64,000 nucleotides of DNA from Nanohaloarchaea archaeon B1-Br10_U2g21 (GTDB lineage Archaea; Nanohalarchaeota; Nanosalinia; Nanosalinales; Nanosalinaceae), in the NCBI GenBank assembly GCA_001563915.1, contig LKMP01000001.1, positions 32,001 to 96,000 of the forward strand, in the 5' to 3' direction. Below the pieces are notes generated by a model. It was given only the letters and a program-made list of their open reading frames with translations, searched no databases and had not been told where the DNA came from. Shown piece after piece: positions 1 to 9,413 of the stretch (the first letter of the stretch is position 1; every line of letters begins with the position of its first letter). A program made the position numbers and the translations under genes.

Positions 1-267
1 CTAAAGAATTGTTTCGATTACTCCAGTTAGGTACCAAGATATTCCAATTATGATGATGGCTATTATGAGGTATACTGTCGATCCGATGGCTACAGGTTTC
101 CAGTCATTATTCTTTTTTCTTCTTTGGTCTAAAGGATTCAAAGCCCATATGACTCCTAGGAAAAATACTGCTGTCGATAATGTAGAAAAATTAAGATACC
201 CTAAACTTAGAGAAGCCGGTAGAAATAATGCTGTTCTGATAAAATACTTTCTCCAGTAAGCTTCCAT
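1..267 (-). CDS. Small hypothetical membrane protein (about 3 TM segments)
   Basis: 88-aa ORF with hydrophobic stretches; stop codon at window positions 1-3. Confidence 0.55.
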   Translation of the reverse strand: MEAYWRKYFIRTALFLPASLSLGYLNFSTLSTAVFFLGVIWALNPLDQRRKKNNDWKPVAIGSTVYLIIAIIIIGISWYLTGVIETIL

Positions 268-530
268 AATATCTAACTTTTTTACACTATTAAATAATTT
301 TTTTGAGCTAAATAAGCATTTAGCCGCATATAGGCGTTGTAATTGAGATTAAAAGCAACTTCAATACGATGTTTAATTTTCTCAAATACGTGCTACTGTA
401 TCAAAAAATAACTTCTAGGTTTTCGAATAAGTAATAATAGAGCATCTAGAAACGAAAAACTATCAATCATTAAATGATGGAGATTGTTATCATGAATTTA
501 GAGCGTATTAGAAATATAAAACGCGAATAT

Positions 531-1862
531 TTATTCAAAACATTGCTGTACATGCTTCTTATAATATGACTCAATCTTGTACTCTTTGCCACAGATTTCG
601 CATACAAAATTGTCATTTTCTTCGTTATTAGGTTCGCGTTTCTTAGCTTTTCTGAAGGCATAACTAACAGGATTACTAACTTTATTCTCCAAATTATCTC
701 CTTCATATACCTGCATATCCTTGTAGTATCCATTTGCATCATAATTAGGCGGAGGAACATTTTCGCTTCTATTCTGGTGCCAGCGCAGCTGTCCTTTTAC
801 GTAACTCTCACTCAGCTCTTCATTATTTCTTTCATTCCATTCCCAGATTTTTGATTCGATTTCAGCCCACCCATAACCAACGCAGCGGTAAAAATTGATT
901 AAGATAAAAAGACCTCTCTTTCTTCCGTCTTCTAATCCATTTAAAATATTCTTGATGGTTGGAGGGAAATATTGTTCCGGTATAGCGTCCTCAGGCCTTT
1001 CAAATTCTCTATTAACACGTTTCTCTCTTTTTTCTTCTTCTCGGTCCTGTATAAAGTCTAGAGCTTGAACCGCCAAGTTTGTAGCTTCATCATCTTCATA
1101 GCTGTCGAGAAAACCTGTTTCAAAATTAATTTTTTCTATTTCTGCGTCACGCTTTTCAAAACTGGAAATATCCTCGGGTTCTATTGGCAGAGACACTAGG
1201 CCTGATCCGTCGTGAAGACTATAAGGCATTCTAAAGAGATGACGTTGACCCCAGTCATTCTCAATATCTGCTACCTGATAAGGATTGAGTCCATCCTCAG
1301 TTTTCATTTCTTCATGGAGGCCTTCTTTTTTCACCTCTGCAATCATTTTCTCTCTCAACTGCTTTCTAAGGTAATTTACAATTCCTTGAGCTAGTCTTGG
1401 ATAGAGTTCTGAGAACTCTTTTTCGCCTATACGTTCAGGAAAACTTTCTCCTCTTATTCCTATGTGGAATCCTCTGTTACCTGAGAACTTTACTGATAGA
1501 TTTTCTATGCCGTGGTGCTGTAGTTCGCGGACGACTAACTCACATGTTTTTTTAGAGAGTTCAAAACTCTCATCACAGTCAATATCTATTACCATGTCCC
1601 AAGTTTCTCTTAATCGATCAAGACTTGATACTTGATCGATTAATAAGGGGTTTCTCCATTTCTCTACTGAAAAATGGAATGCTACTGCGCCGTTTTCTAC
1701 GAATTGCTGAAAGTCACCAGGAAAGTTTACTGCGTCAGGTCTCTTTCCATAACCTTTAGGGTATGTAGGTACTACTTCTCTGTACTCTGCAAGCTCCATC
1801 ACTTTCTCAATAAGCTCATCTTGTTCATAGTACTGTCTTACCTGCCAATTTTTCAGTTCCAC
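531..1862 (-). CDS. priSL: Fused (monomeric) archaeo-eukaryotic DNA primase PriS-PriL, DPANN type, with C-terminal zinc finger
   Basis: AEP motifs WDMVIDID, KFSGNRGFH and HLFRMPYSLH; PriL-CTD-like FPPTIKNIL..G...GRKR.LFIL and NPVSY; C-terminal CEICG..HVQQC; GTG start. Confidence 0.9.
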   Translation of the reverse strand: MELKNWQVRQYYEQDELIEKVMELAEYREVVPTYPKGYGKRPDAVNFPGDFQQFVENGAVAFHFSVEKWRNPLLIDQVSSLDRLRETWDMVIDIDCDESFELSKKTCELVVRELQHHGIENLSVKFSGNRGFHIGIRGESFPERIGEKEFSELYPRLAQGIVNYLRKQLREKMIAEVKKEGLHEEMKTEDGLNPYQVADIENDWGQRHLFRMPYSLHDGSGLVSLPIEPEDISSFEKRDAEIEKINFETGFLDSYEDDEATNLAVQALDFIQDREEEKREKRVNREFERPEDAIPEQYFPPTIKNILNGLEDGRKRGLFILINFYRCVGYGWAEIESKIWEWNERNNEELSESYVKGQLRWHQNRSENVPPPNYDANGYYKDMQVYEGDNLENKVSNPVSYAFRKAKKREPNNEENDNFVCEICGKEYKIESYYKKHVQQCFE

Positions 1863-1943
1863 GTATTAGTTACTATAGGTAACTCCTAAATTTACTCTGG
1901 TTATCTACGAATGTTTTTCAACTTCGTTACATAAGTTGAAAGT

Positions 1944-3041
1944 ATGTGTCAAGGTCTGAAAGCGCAGTCTGCGATTGAGTATTTGATGACTTATGGTTGG
2001 ATGTTGCTTGTGGTGGCTATAGCTGGAGGGGCTATATTCTCAATGGTAGGAAGTCAGAGTATTGAGAATGTTCAGGGCTTTGAATCACAGCATGTGAATG
2101 TTCAAGATTTTGGATTATCTGAGACACAAGGCCTCCAGTTTACAGTTCGAGATCCTGTTGGAAGAACAGAAGTTAAAGAAGTAAGAGTAAGAGATGAGGA
2201 TTCAAATTATATTGATTATGATTTATCGCAGGACTTATCCCAGAATGAATTATTAAGTTTACCTGGAATTGAGGAGTCTGGTGACATGGAAACGTTAGAG
2301 CTTGAGATTGTTTATAATTCTGGAAATTTACGGAACTTAACCTCTTCAGGTAGTGTACAGGGGCATATGAGTGTGGGCGAAGATTTTTCTGGTCGGCAGG
2401 TAAATATGGATGGACTAGTTGGTTATTGGGTTTTAACAGATGATTACTCAAGAAATGAAAGGTTAGACGATCTTTCAGCAGCACAAAATCACGGTTTTTT
2501 TGAGGGCGAGTATGATATAGGAGACGATTATTCTGATATAAGTGAAGGCGGAGCTACGATAGAATCGCCTACGTTTAATGTTAGTGAAGGCGGAGAGTTC
2601 ACGTTCCTTTTATCATTTAGATGGGATGGTCCTCAGGATGATGATACAAGCACTTCAGGAGGTATGGGTAGAGGCAACAACCCTGCTTATGCAATTGATA
2701 TTAGGCCTAGAGATGAAAACCTGAGAGCAGGAATCAGAACTACTGAAAACAATTTGTATATCACTAGAGATATGGAGATAGGGGAATGGTATCATAGTGT
2801 TTTTGTTTATGATGGTGAAGAAACAGGTAAACTGTACATAAATGGTAGTTTAGAAGATTCGAATACGCGGAGCGATATGGGAGAGTTTGTAACAACTGGA
2901 GATTTTCAGATTGGAGGATCGAGAGGTTTAAGTGGAAGTACTAGACATACTAATAGAAGCATGGCTCAAGCAAAAGTTTTTAATCGTGCTTTAACTGACT
3001 CAGAAGTGCAAGAACTGTATGAAACCTCTAATTTTTATTAG
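1944..3041 (+). CDS. Class III signal peptide (pilin-like) protein with C-terminal LamG/concanavalin-A-like domain
   Basis: N-terminus KAQSAIEYLMTYGWMLLVV; LamG-type motifs GLVGYW, GEWYHSVFVYDG, KLYING and KVFNRALTDSEVQELY. Confidence 0.8.
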   Translation: MCQGLKAQSAIEYLMTYGWMLLVVAIAGGAIFSMVGSQSIENVQGFESQHVNVQDFGLSETQGLQFTVRDPVGRTEVKEVRVRDEDSNYIDYDLSQDLSQNELLSLPGIEESGDMETLELEIVYNSGNLRNLTSSGSVQGHMSVGEDFSGRQVNMDGLVGYWVLTDDYSRNERLDDLSAAQNHGFFEGEYDIGDDYSDISEGGATIESPTFNVSEGGEFTFLLSFRWDGPQDDDTSTSGGMGRGNNPAYAIDIRPRDENLRAGIRTTENNLYITRDMEIGEWYHSVFVYDGEETGKLYINGSLEDSNTRSDMGEFVTTGDFQIGGSRGLSGSTRHTNRSMAQAKVFNRALTDSEVQELYETSNFY

Positions 3042-3085
3042 ACTTTGCTGGATATACAAGGTCAGTGTTTAGAAAAGTTAATATT

Positions 3086-3559
3086 TTATTTTTGAAAACT
3101 ATCTTCATAACTTGTTTCTAGGTTCCGTACATTCATCCTAAAAGGCAAATCATCATCCTTTCTATTTTCTAACTCTTTTTCGATATGTTTCTCGTCGTCT
3201 TTGAGCTCCTTTCTTATTAGAAGCCAGTCTTTTTCGGGTTCACAGTCCCAGACATAGGACCCGTCTTTAACAGATCCTGTTGCTCTGTAAATTGTTCTCA
3301 TCAGGCCCAAAAACTCTGCTATGTCTTCTTTTGGCATATCAGAGGATTCGCTGATTTTTTCGGTTGTGACTTCTTCATATGGTGTGGCTAAGAAATAGCC
3401 TATTACTGTATCTCTCAGTTCAGAATCAATGAGAAGTTCTAGTTCGTTTTTACTCCTGTGATCATAATTGTTCCAGGCTACGTCTTCTTCGTTAAAAGAG
3501 AAAAAATTCTTAGACTGGAATTTTGCTTCCGGGGGTTTTGGTCTTCTCCAGTTACTCAT
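3086..3559 (-). CDS. Hypothetical protein, possibly winged-helix
   Basis: 157-aa acidic ORF with ATGA overlap on the PCNA stop; VTTEKISESSDMPKEDIAEFLGLM resembles an HTH. Confidence 0.55.
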   Translation of the reverse strand: MSNWRRPKPPEAKFQSKNFFSFNEEDVAWNNYDHRSKNELELLIDSELRDTVIGYFLATPYEEVTTEKISESSDMPKEDIAEFLGLMRTIYRATGSVKDGSYVWDCEPEKDWLLIRKELKDDEKHIEKELENRKDDDLPFRMNVRNLETSYEDSFQK

Positions 3560-4302
3560 TCTTCTTCGATTCTAGGTGCGAGTACAAAGCTTAGATTGAC
3601 TTCATCAGGTACTGAGAATTCCATTCGCATAGGAAAGTCGTTTCCAAGCTTCATAGTCACATTGTTAGATAAATTTTTCCCGCCTATCATCTTGGAAAGA
3701 TAGTCTAATGAGAACATTGACTTTACTGAATCTCCAGACATGGATATTACGCCACTACTTTCCTCTGTGATAGTAAAGTCGGCGTTACTTTGATCTCCTT
3801 CAGCTGAAATATTCATTTGATTTTCATCAGCAGAAATTGTGACTGCGTCGCTTACAACCATGGCGTCTTTTACAGCGCCTTCAACTGTTGAAGCATCTAA
3901 TTCGGCTTCAAAATCAAACGATAGCTGATCGGTTTCAGGTATATCGTCTTCAGAAAGGTTCAGAATAGGTAGTGAAAAATTTCGTGTAGAGGAGTTCTCC
4001 ATTGTAATCTCAAAACGAGAATCGCCGAGTTCAAAGGTGATAGTGTCATCGGCGTTTGCTCTTCGTAGGATTGAGTAAAGATTTTCAATGTTTAGACCTA
4101 CTTTCGTTTCTTCGTCTAGATCATATTCTTCGAATACTTCTTCTTCTATTTTGAAGTCAACTAAGCCTACCATTGCTGGATCTGCGGCTATTAGTTTCAT
4201 GCTGTCTTCCTCTAGCTGGAAGATTCCCTCGCTAATAAGAGATGATATGGTTTTCATCGAATCTTTGAGGAGGCCTACTTCCGTTATTTCTGCTTTAAAC
4301 AA
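3556..4302 (-). CDS. pcn: DNA polymerase sliding clamp PCNA
   Basis: MFKAEI...AADPAMVGLVDF, SMFSLDYL and C-terminal FVLAPRIEEE; TTG start after GGTGA SD. Confidence 0.97.
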   Translation of the reverse strand: MFKAEITEVGLLKDSMKTISSLISEGIFQLEEDSMKLIAADPAMVGLVDFKIEEEVFEEYDLDEETKVGLNIENLYSILRRANADDTITFELGDSRFEITMENSSTRNFSLPILNLSEDDIPETDQLSFDFEAELDASTVEGAVKDAMVVSDAVTISADENQMNISAEGDQSNADFTITEESSGVISMSGDSVKSMFSLDYLSKMIGGKNLSNNVTMKLGNDFPMRMEFSVPDEVNLSFVLAPRIEEE

Positions 4303-4317
4303 AATATTTCACCTATG

Positions 4318-4650
4318 TTACTGTGAAGTGTTAACAACTTTTTTAACTCTGTCGCGGAGATTTGCATCCACTTTGTCGAAGTCTTGTAAGACTTCTCCTT
4401 GTAATTCAAAGCTGTCTGGAGTAGGAAGAACTCTGCCAAATACTCTTACTCTCTGTCCTTCTTCTATATCCTCCATATTATCTTCCTCTAAAAATACATC
4501 TACACTGCCAGTACCGTCATCTACGGCAATTGAGTCTTCGTCTACTGAAAGTACTGTGCCTAGTACTCTTACCCTTATGTCTGTTTGAGGTTCTATATCT
4601 TCGATTTTCTTAGGCTTTGCAGGCGCCCTTCTCATCTGTTGTTCAGCCAT
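4318..4650 (-). CDS. Single OB-fold protein, RPA small-subunit-like
   Basis: RVRVLGTV...VDDGTGSV...GQRVRVFGRV OB-fold pattern; adjacent to PCNA. Confidence 0.75.
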   Translation of the reverse strand: MAEQQMRRAPAKPKKIEDIEPQTDIRVRVLGTVLSVDEDSIAVDDGTGSVDVFLEEDNMEDIEEGQRVRVFGRVLPTPDSFELQGEVLQDFDKVDANLRDRVKKVVNTSQ

Positions 4651-4727
4651 ATTAAATTCTTAGAACTGAAATGTTTTAACTTCAGAGGTCAGGGAAAGTT
4701 CAAAAACCATCTTTACTAACTAGAACT

Positions 4728-5318
4728 ATGGGTCTATTCAGTAAAGATACGAGCGTAGAGGAAGAAAATGAGTCTGCTGAGTTAAGAGAAAGAGTTGAGG
4801 CCTTAGAATCTCATTTTAATGCATTAGATAGCGCAGTTCAACATCACGATATAGAGATACAAGAAATCGTTGACACAATAACTGCTGATGAACGCAATCT
4901 AAAGAAAGCAGTAGAAAAGAACAAGCGAAAACTTGATACATTACGAGATATATCTAGCAGATTTGCTGAAATGCAATCTGAAAATACTAGAAAGACGGAT
5001 ATACTGGATTCAGAAGTCGCAGATATAAAGCGAAACATGAAGAGAAAGATCATTAAAAAAGCGGGCGATATAAAAGAAACTCGCGAAAAACAAGAAGAAA
5101 TCATTGCCGACCTTGAGGGCTTAAAAGAAAAAGTAGATGATCTTGAGACCGAATTGATACTGGATATAAATAGTCAAGCTTGGGACGTAGATTCTAAACT
5201 TGATGAATCTCGGTTTGAAAATAGGAAAAAACGAGTTGATAAAGAACTCTCAAAACTTAGAGCTTCAATCAACGACATATCCGATAAGTTCGAAGGTAAT
5301 GATATCAGAACAGAATAG
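4728..5318 (+). CDS. Hypothetical coiled-coil protein
   Basis: 196 aa, heptad-rich, MGLFSK N-terminus. Confidence 0.65.
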   Translation: MGLFSKDTSVEEENESAELRERVEALESHFNALDSAVQHHDIEIQEIVDTITADERNLKKAVEKNKRKLDTLRDISSRFAEMQSENTRKTDILDSEVADIKRNMKRKIIKKAGDIKETREKQEEIIADLEGLKEKVDDLETELILDINSQAWDVDSKLDESRFENRKKRVDKELSKLRASINDISDKFEGNDIRTE

Positions 5319-5320
5319 AG

Positions 5321-5656
5321 CTAGTCATATTCTTTGTAGACATTACCACACTGTCTACATCTGTAAAATCTTGTAGGAGGTTCATCTGAAGCCCGGGTCT
5401 GTTCCATCCACCATTCCTGCTCAGTTTCTTCGCCACAAGACTTACATTCTTTCTGAGTTGTAGGCCTAGTTGCTTCTTCCTCTCCGTCTTCATTAACATT
5501 GAGGCGGTCCATAGGATCTTCTTCTTTCTCCTCAGTCACCTTAAATTCTTCGCTATCAACATCTTGGTATTCTCCACAGCTACGACACTTCATAGCGGTC
5601 TCGCCATTTTTCTTTTCTGAAACTAGCATTCCTCCGCATTCATCGCAAAACTCCAT
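5321..5656 (-). CDS. tfs: Transcription factor S (TFS/RpoM family)
   Basis: FCDECGGML, two Zn ribbons, QTRASDEPPTRFYRC with the acidic DE pair. Confidence 0.95.
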   Translation of the reverse strand: MEFCDECGGMLVSEKKNGETAMKCRSCGEYQDVDSEEFKVTEEKEEDPMDRLNVNEDGEEEATRPTTQKECKSCGEETEQEWWMEQTRASDEPPTRFYRCRQCGNVYKEYD

Positions 5657-5714
5657 ACCTATCAGTTTATACTGTCAAAGCTTAAAAATAGATGCCCAAA
5701 AATGGCAAAAATTA

Positions 5715-6383
5715 TTAGTCGGGACAAGGTCTATACTCATCAATGCTTAACGGTGACCCTTCTAGACCTACTAAATCCATAGCTATGAGTTTAACTGCTC
5801 CCACTTTTGGAATTCTAAACACTACTTGGCCATGTATCTGTTCTGGCCTGATTTCCTCCTCAAAATCAAGCTGCTCAGGATTAGCATCTCCTTTAGTAGC
5901 AATACTGTCGTTTCGTTTTTCTATCACTCGATGAACTACAGGAATAGATAGTCCTGAGACATCATTAACTCTAAAGCTTTGATCTCCGGAACTATATTCT
6001 CCGCCCTCTACTACGTCAACGTTACTGCGATCTATTCTAAACCGTGCAGACTGGTCCTCTACATAGGTTACATGAACATTTCCTAAAGAAGTTTCTACAG
6101 GCTCTTCTCCGAGATCATATGTATTGCCATCAACCTCAATTTCGGCTTCCATTGGAACTTGATATATAACAACCTGGCCTTCTTCAACACTGTCAAAATC
6201 TACTCCTCGAACCATAAGAATATCTCCACGATCCATTTCAGGATACATAGAACACGAAACAACAGAAACAACCGGTTTTTCTGTTGACAATGCTGTGCCT
6301 GTAGTCTGAAGTATTCCAAATGCTAATAACAATGCCAAACTGATAAAGTAGATTTCCTTACCAATAACTGAGTCGCTGTTCAT
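5715..6383 (-). CDS. sec11: Signal peptidase I, Sec11 type, with an internal insertion
   Basis: VVSCSMYP, RGDIL, VVHRV and TKGDAN motifs; N-terminal TM. Confidence 0.88.
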   Translation of the reverse strand: MNSDSVIGKEIYFISLALLLAFGILQTTGTALSTEKPVVSVVSCSMYPEMDRGDILMVRGVDFDSVEEGQVVIYQVPMEAEIEVDGNTYDLGEEPVETSLGNVHVTYVEDQSARFRIDRSNVDVVEGGEYSSGDQSFRVNDVSGLSIPVVHRVIEKRNDSIATKGDANPEQLDFEEEIRPEQIHGQVVFRIPKVGAVKLIAMDLVGLEGSPLSIDEYRPCPD

Positions 6384-6922
6384 TTAGAGATCACACCATT
6401 ATTTGTTAGCGCGCTCCCTATTATATCTGCGGCTCTTATACATTCAGGTACATTACCTTGTAAAGTGGATTTGTTTACTATATCCAATGCCTCTTTCCTA
6501 TCGCAACCAGAGAACTGAACGAAACATCTTCCTGTCGAGAGTTTGAACTTTGATACTGTAGGCAAGTTCTCAAAGGACTGAGAACTGGTCCCTGTCTTTT
6601 CAAGAGCATCAGAAAAACTTTTAGGATCGGGTTCATTTGATGTAACTGCTATTACCGGCCTATCTATTTTTTCAGAAACTTTTTCAATATTCACTATATT
6701 AAATCCTGAGAAGCTAATTCCATCGATGAGTACGGCTTCTATGTAGGCTTGAAATTTGCCATATAACTCTATAACTTTTTGCGTGCCCTCTCCTTGATCA
6801 GGCTCCGCCTCTATTATTTCTACTGACTCTATAAACTCAGTACCTCTGTAAAGTACTCCTACAAGTCTTTCTAGCTCTATAGGAGCATCGTCTATACCTA
6901 GAACTCTAGAACCTTCTTTCAT
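6380..6922 (-). CDS. DUF99 family protein (endonuclease V-like fold)
   Basis: RVLGIDDAP, LIDGISFSGFNIV and VPECIRAADII; usual neighbour of rpoL. Confidence 0.88.
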   Translation of the reverse strand: MKEGSRVLGIDDAPIELERLVGVLYRGTEFIESVEIIEAEPDQGEGTQKVIELYGKFQAYIEAVLIDGISFSGFNIVNIEKVSEKIDRPVIAVTSNEPDPKSFSDALEKTGTSSQSFENLPTVSKFKLSTGRCFVQFSGCDRKEALDIVNKSTLQGNVPECIRAADIIGSALTNNGVISK

Positions 6923-7161
6923 AAATCAGATTCTAGTTCTTCAAGCCATTCTCTGACGGTGTCTACTGCGTCCTGAAGAACCTGTTCGGGGTCGTCAGAG
7001 TCAATAATCAAAATGGATTCGTCTCCTAGCGGATGACCTTTATCATATCCAGATTCTCCGCCGTTTTCCCATACAGCTTTTCTCAGTAGGTTTGCCAATG
7101 CGTGATTCTGCTCCATGTCAACGAGCAGTCGTCCTTCTTTTTCCATTACGTCGAGATCCAT
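6919..7161 (-). CDS. rpoL: RNA polymerase subunit L (Rpo11)
   Basis: NHALANLLR...GYDKGHPL pattern; 80 aa; conserved gene context. Confidence 0.85.
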   Translation of the reverse strand: MDLDVMEKEGRLLVDMEQNHALANLLRKAVWENGGESGYDKGHPLGDESILIIDSDDPEQVLQDAVDTVREWLEELESDL

Positions 7162-7748
7162 TATTTTTTCCTCCTTGTAACATAAAGATCCACAGGAGTG
7201 CTTTTTGACTCCTCAGTGTGGAATTCATAGCTCGCAGGAAGCCCGATTTTATAGGCTTCACGCGCTATTAACTCATGATTATATTCGTCACACAAACGTT
7301 TTAAACGTGTACTGAACCCTTTCCCGGCCAATCCGTAGACGTTGTCACCGATTTCGAGCGCCTTTCTCCAGAATTTCAGGCCTTCGTCACTCTGAACATT
7401 GAATGGAGGATTCATAACTACGGCATCGAACTTTCCATTAAATGATGTTACATCTTTCCTCACGAAATTTGGAGATGCTCCAACTTTTGCAGCATTTTCT
7501 TCGGCTGTTGATAATGCATCTCGGTCTACTTCTACGGCAGTTACGTCCATGTTTAACAGGTCTGCCCCTATAGCTAATATTCCTGTTCCGGTTCCAAGAT
7601 CAACTACTGTTTTGTGTCCTTGCATGTAGCAAGTGTAGACTATATCTGCTGCGAGTTCGGCAGGAGTAAGGTACTGTTCAAGTTCTATTCTTGAGTTCTC
7701 AAACCCCTTGAGTTCTGATAGTTTTTGCTTTACAGCGGTTTTGTTCAT
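7161..7748 (-). CDS. METTL5-family SAM-dependent RNA methyltransferase
   Basis: LEQYLTP, DLGTGTG, MNPPF and YEFH motifs. Confidence 0.9.
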   Translation of the reverse strand: MNKTAVKQKLSELKGFENSRIELEQYLTPAELAADIVYTCYMQGHKTVVDLGTGTGILAIGADLLNMDVTAVEVDRDALSTAEENAAKVGASPNFVRKDVTSFNGKFDAVVMNPPFNVQSDEGLKFWRKALEIGDNVYGLAGKGFSTRLKRLCDEYNHELIAREAYKIGLPASYEFHTEESKSTPVDLYVTRRKK

Positions 7749-7802
7749 TTCGGTGGAACGCGTTGTTGAATGTTTTAAAGTTTATTGTCTATTAGTGACG
7801 GC

Positions 7803-9413
7803 ATGTCCTTGGAAGATAAACCGAAGGAAGAACTTATAGAGCAGTTGGAAAACCACGTGGTCTTTTTCGAGCCTCAGAGAGAAATAATACTTTCAAATCC
7901 TGATGCGGGAACGTTGAACGAAGTATCGTCGCTAGCACATATGGAGACTTCTTCGGGAGAGCATTACAAGTTCCAAGTTCGGGAAATGGATATATGGAAC
8001 TCTGATATGTCATTAGAAGAGATAAAAGAAGTATATACTAGAGTGCTTGGTAATTATCCAATTTTTCTTGAGTGGTTAGAAAGAACATACAAAAAACAGC
8101 AAGTATTCTCTATAGAGAACAAAGGTCATTACCACATCCTGAAATCTGAAGATGATGAAAGGATGGAGTGGGCTCGTAGTATAGATAAGGTCAGGCAGAA
8201 TCTGGCAGTAGATCTTTCCGACTCCGCTTCAAGAATTGCAATGGGTTCAAAGTCTCGCGCAGAAATCAAAGAGGCATTAGTCAGAAAAGGATACCCAGTA
8301 CAAGACAATTCTAAGTTTAGAGAAGTCGAAAAAAATATTGGGGCAGACCTACAAGGAATAGAACTCAGAGACTATCAAAAGGAATATGTGGATAAGGCCT
8401 ACAGCGAAAAAGCAGCTGTACTAGCAAATCCTGCAGGATCTGGAAAAACTGTTACAAGTATTGGATTAATGTGTGAAATCGATTCTCCAACATTGATACT
8501 TGTGCCGCAACGTAATCTAGTAAACCAGTGGAAGCGAGAGATACTTGATAAGACAACTATTACGGAGGATCAGATTGGAGAGTATCACGGTGAAGAAAAA
8601 GAGATGGGTGATGTAACAATCGCAACATATCATATTGCAGGAGGAAAAACTTCGCTTTTCAGAAAAGATTGGGGGCTTATTATTTTCGACGAAGTGCATC
8701 ACATACCTTCAAAGCTATTCAGGAAAACTGCGTCCCTACAGTCTACTAGGAGGCTAGGACTATCTGCATCGCCTGTTAGAGAGGACGCTAAAGAGAGAGA
8801 AATATTTGCTCTTATTGGTAGAGAGATTGGTGCAGACTGGGCTCGTTTCTTTAGTGAAGGTCATGTAGTCAAACCTGATGTCGAAATCAGAATGGTTGAA
8901 TGGGCGTCAGACTTCTATAGGCATAAGTACGATGAAGCATCAGGGATCAAAAAGGCTATCATAGCCTCAAAGAACCCTGCGAAAAAGCAAGTATTGGAAG
9001 ACTTGTTGGAAGAATACAATGGCAAGAAGACCTTAGTTTTCTGTGACTGGATTGATCAGGGAGAAGAACTATCAGAAGAGTATGATATTCCATTTATTTC
9101 TGGTGAAACTGACTATGATGAAAGGGAAGAATTTTTTGAGGAATTCCGTACAGGTGACCTGAACAAAATGATTATCTCCCGTATTGGAGATGAAGGCTTA
9201 GACCTTCCTAACGCAGAAGTAGGAATTGTGATGAGCGGGCAAGGAGGTTCTCGAAGGCAGGCTACGCAGAGGGCAGGCCGAGTAATGAGGCCTTTCGGAG
9301 ACGCACAAGTTTACATGGTTGCGACAAAGGCAAGTAATGAGGAAGATTTCGTAAAGAGGCAGGTGGAGTTACTGAAAGAAAAAGGAGTACCTGTAAAGGT
9401 TAGCGAACATTGA
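7803..9413 (+). CDS. xpb: XPB/Rad25-type superfamily 2 DNA helicase
   Basis: LRDYQ, PAGSGKT, DEVHH, LGLSASP, EGLDLP and QRAGRVMR; ATG 7803 preferred over TTG 7785 because a TATA-like TTTTAAAG lies at 7773-7780. Confidence 0.88.
   Translation: MSLEDKPKEELIEQLENHVVFFEPQREIILSNPDAGTLNEVSSLAHMETSSGEHYKFQVREMDIWNSDMSLEEIKEVYTRVLGNYPIFLEWLERTYKKQQVFSIENKGHYHILKSEDDERMEWARSIDKVRQNLAVDLSDSASRIAMGSKSRAEIKEALVRKGYPVQDNSKFREVEKNIGADLQGIELRDYQKEYVDKAYSEKAAVLANPAGSGKTVTSIGLMCEIDSPTLILVPQRNLVNQWKREILDKTTITEDQIGEYHGEEKEMGDVTIATYHIAGGKTSLFRKDWGLIIFDEVHHIPSKLFRKTASLQSTRRLGLSASPVREDAKEREIFALIGREIGADWARFFSEGHVVKPDVEIRMVEWASDFYRHKYDEASGIKKAIIASKNPAKKQVLEDLLEEYNGKKTLVFCDWIDQGEELSEEYDIPFISGETDYDEREEFFEEFRTGDLNKMIISRIGDEGLDLPNAEVGIVMSGQGGSRRQATQRAGRVMRPFGDAQVYMVATKASNEEDFVKRQVELLKEKGVPVKVSEH

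Noticed and set aside
268-530. AT-rich gap as a replication origin or hidden gene
   Set aside because: No ORB-like repeats, no adjacent orc1/cdc6 in view and no credible ORF.
1868-1884. Inverted repeat AGTTAC-N5-GTAACT upstream of the primase
   Set aside because: A single 6-bp arm pair in AT-rich DNA with no second copy noticed; could be chance.
4088-4588. Long antisense ORFs such as 4088-4588, 52554-52946 and 63168-63593
   Set aside because: Ser/Phe-rich shadows of acidic genes on the opposite strand, with no motifs.
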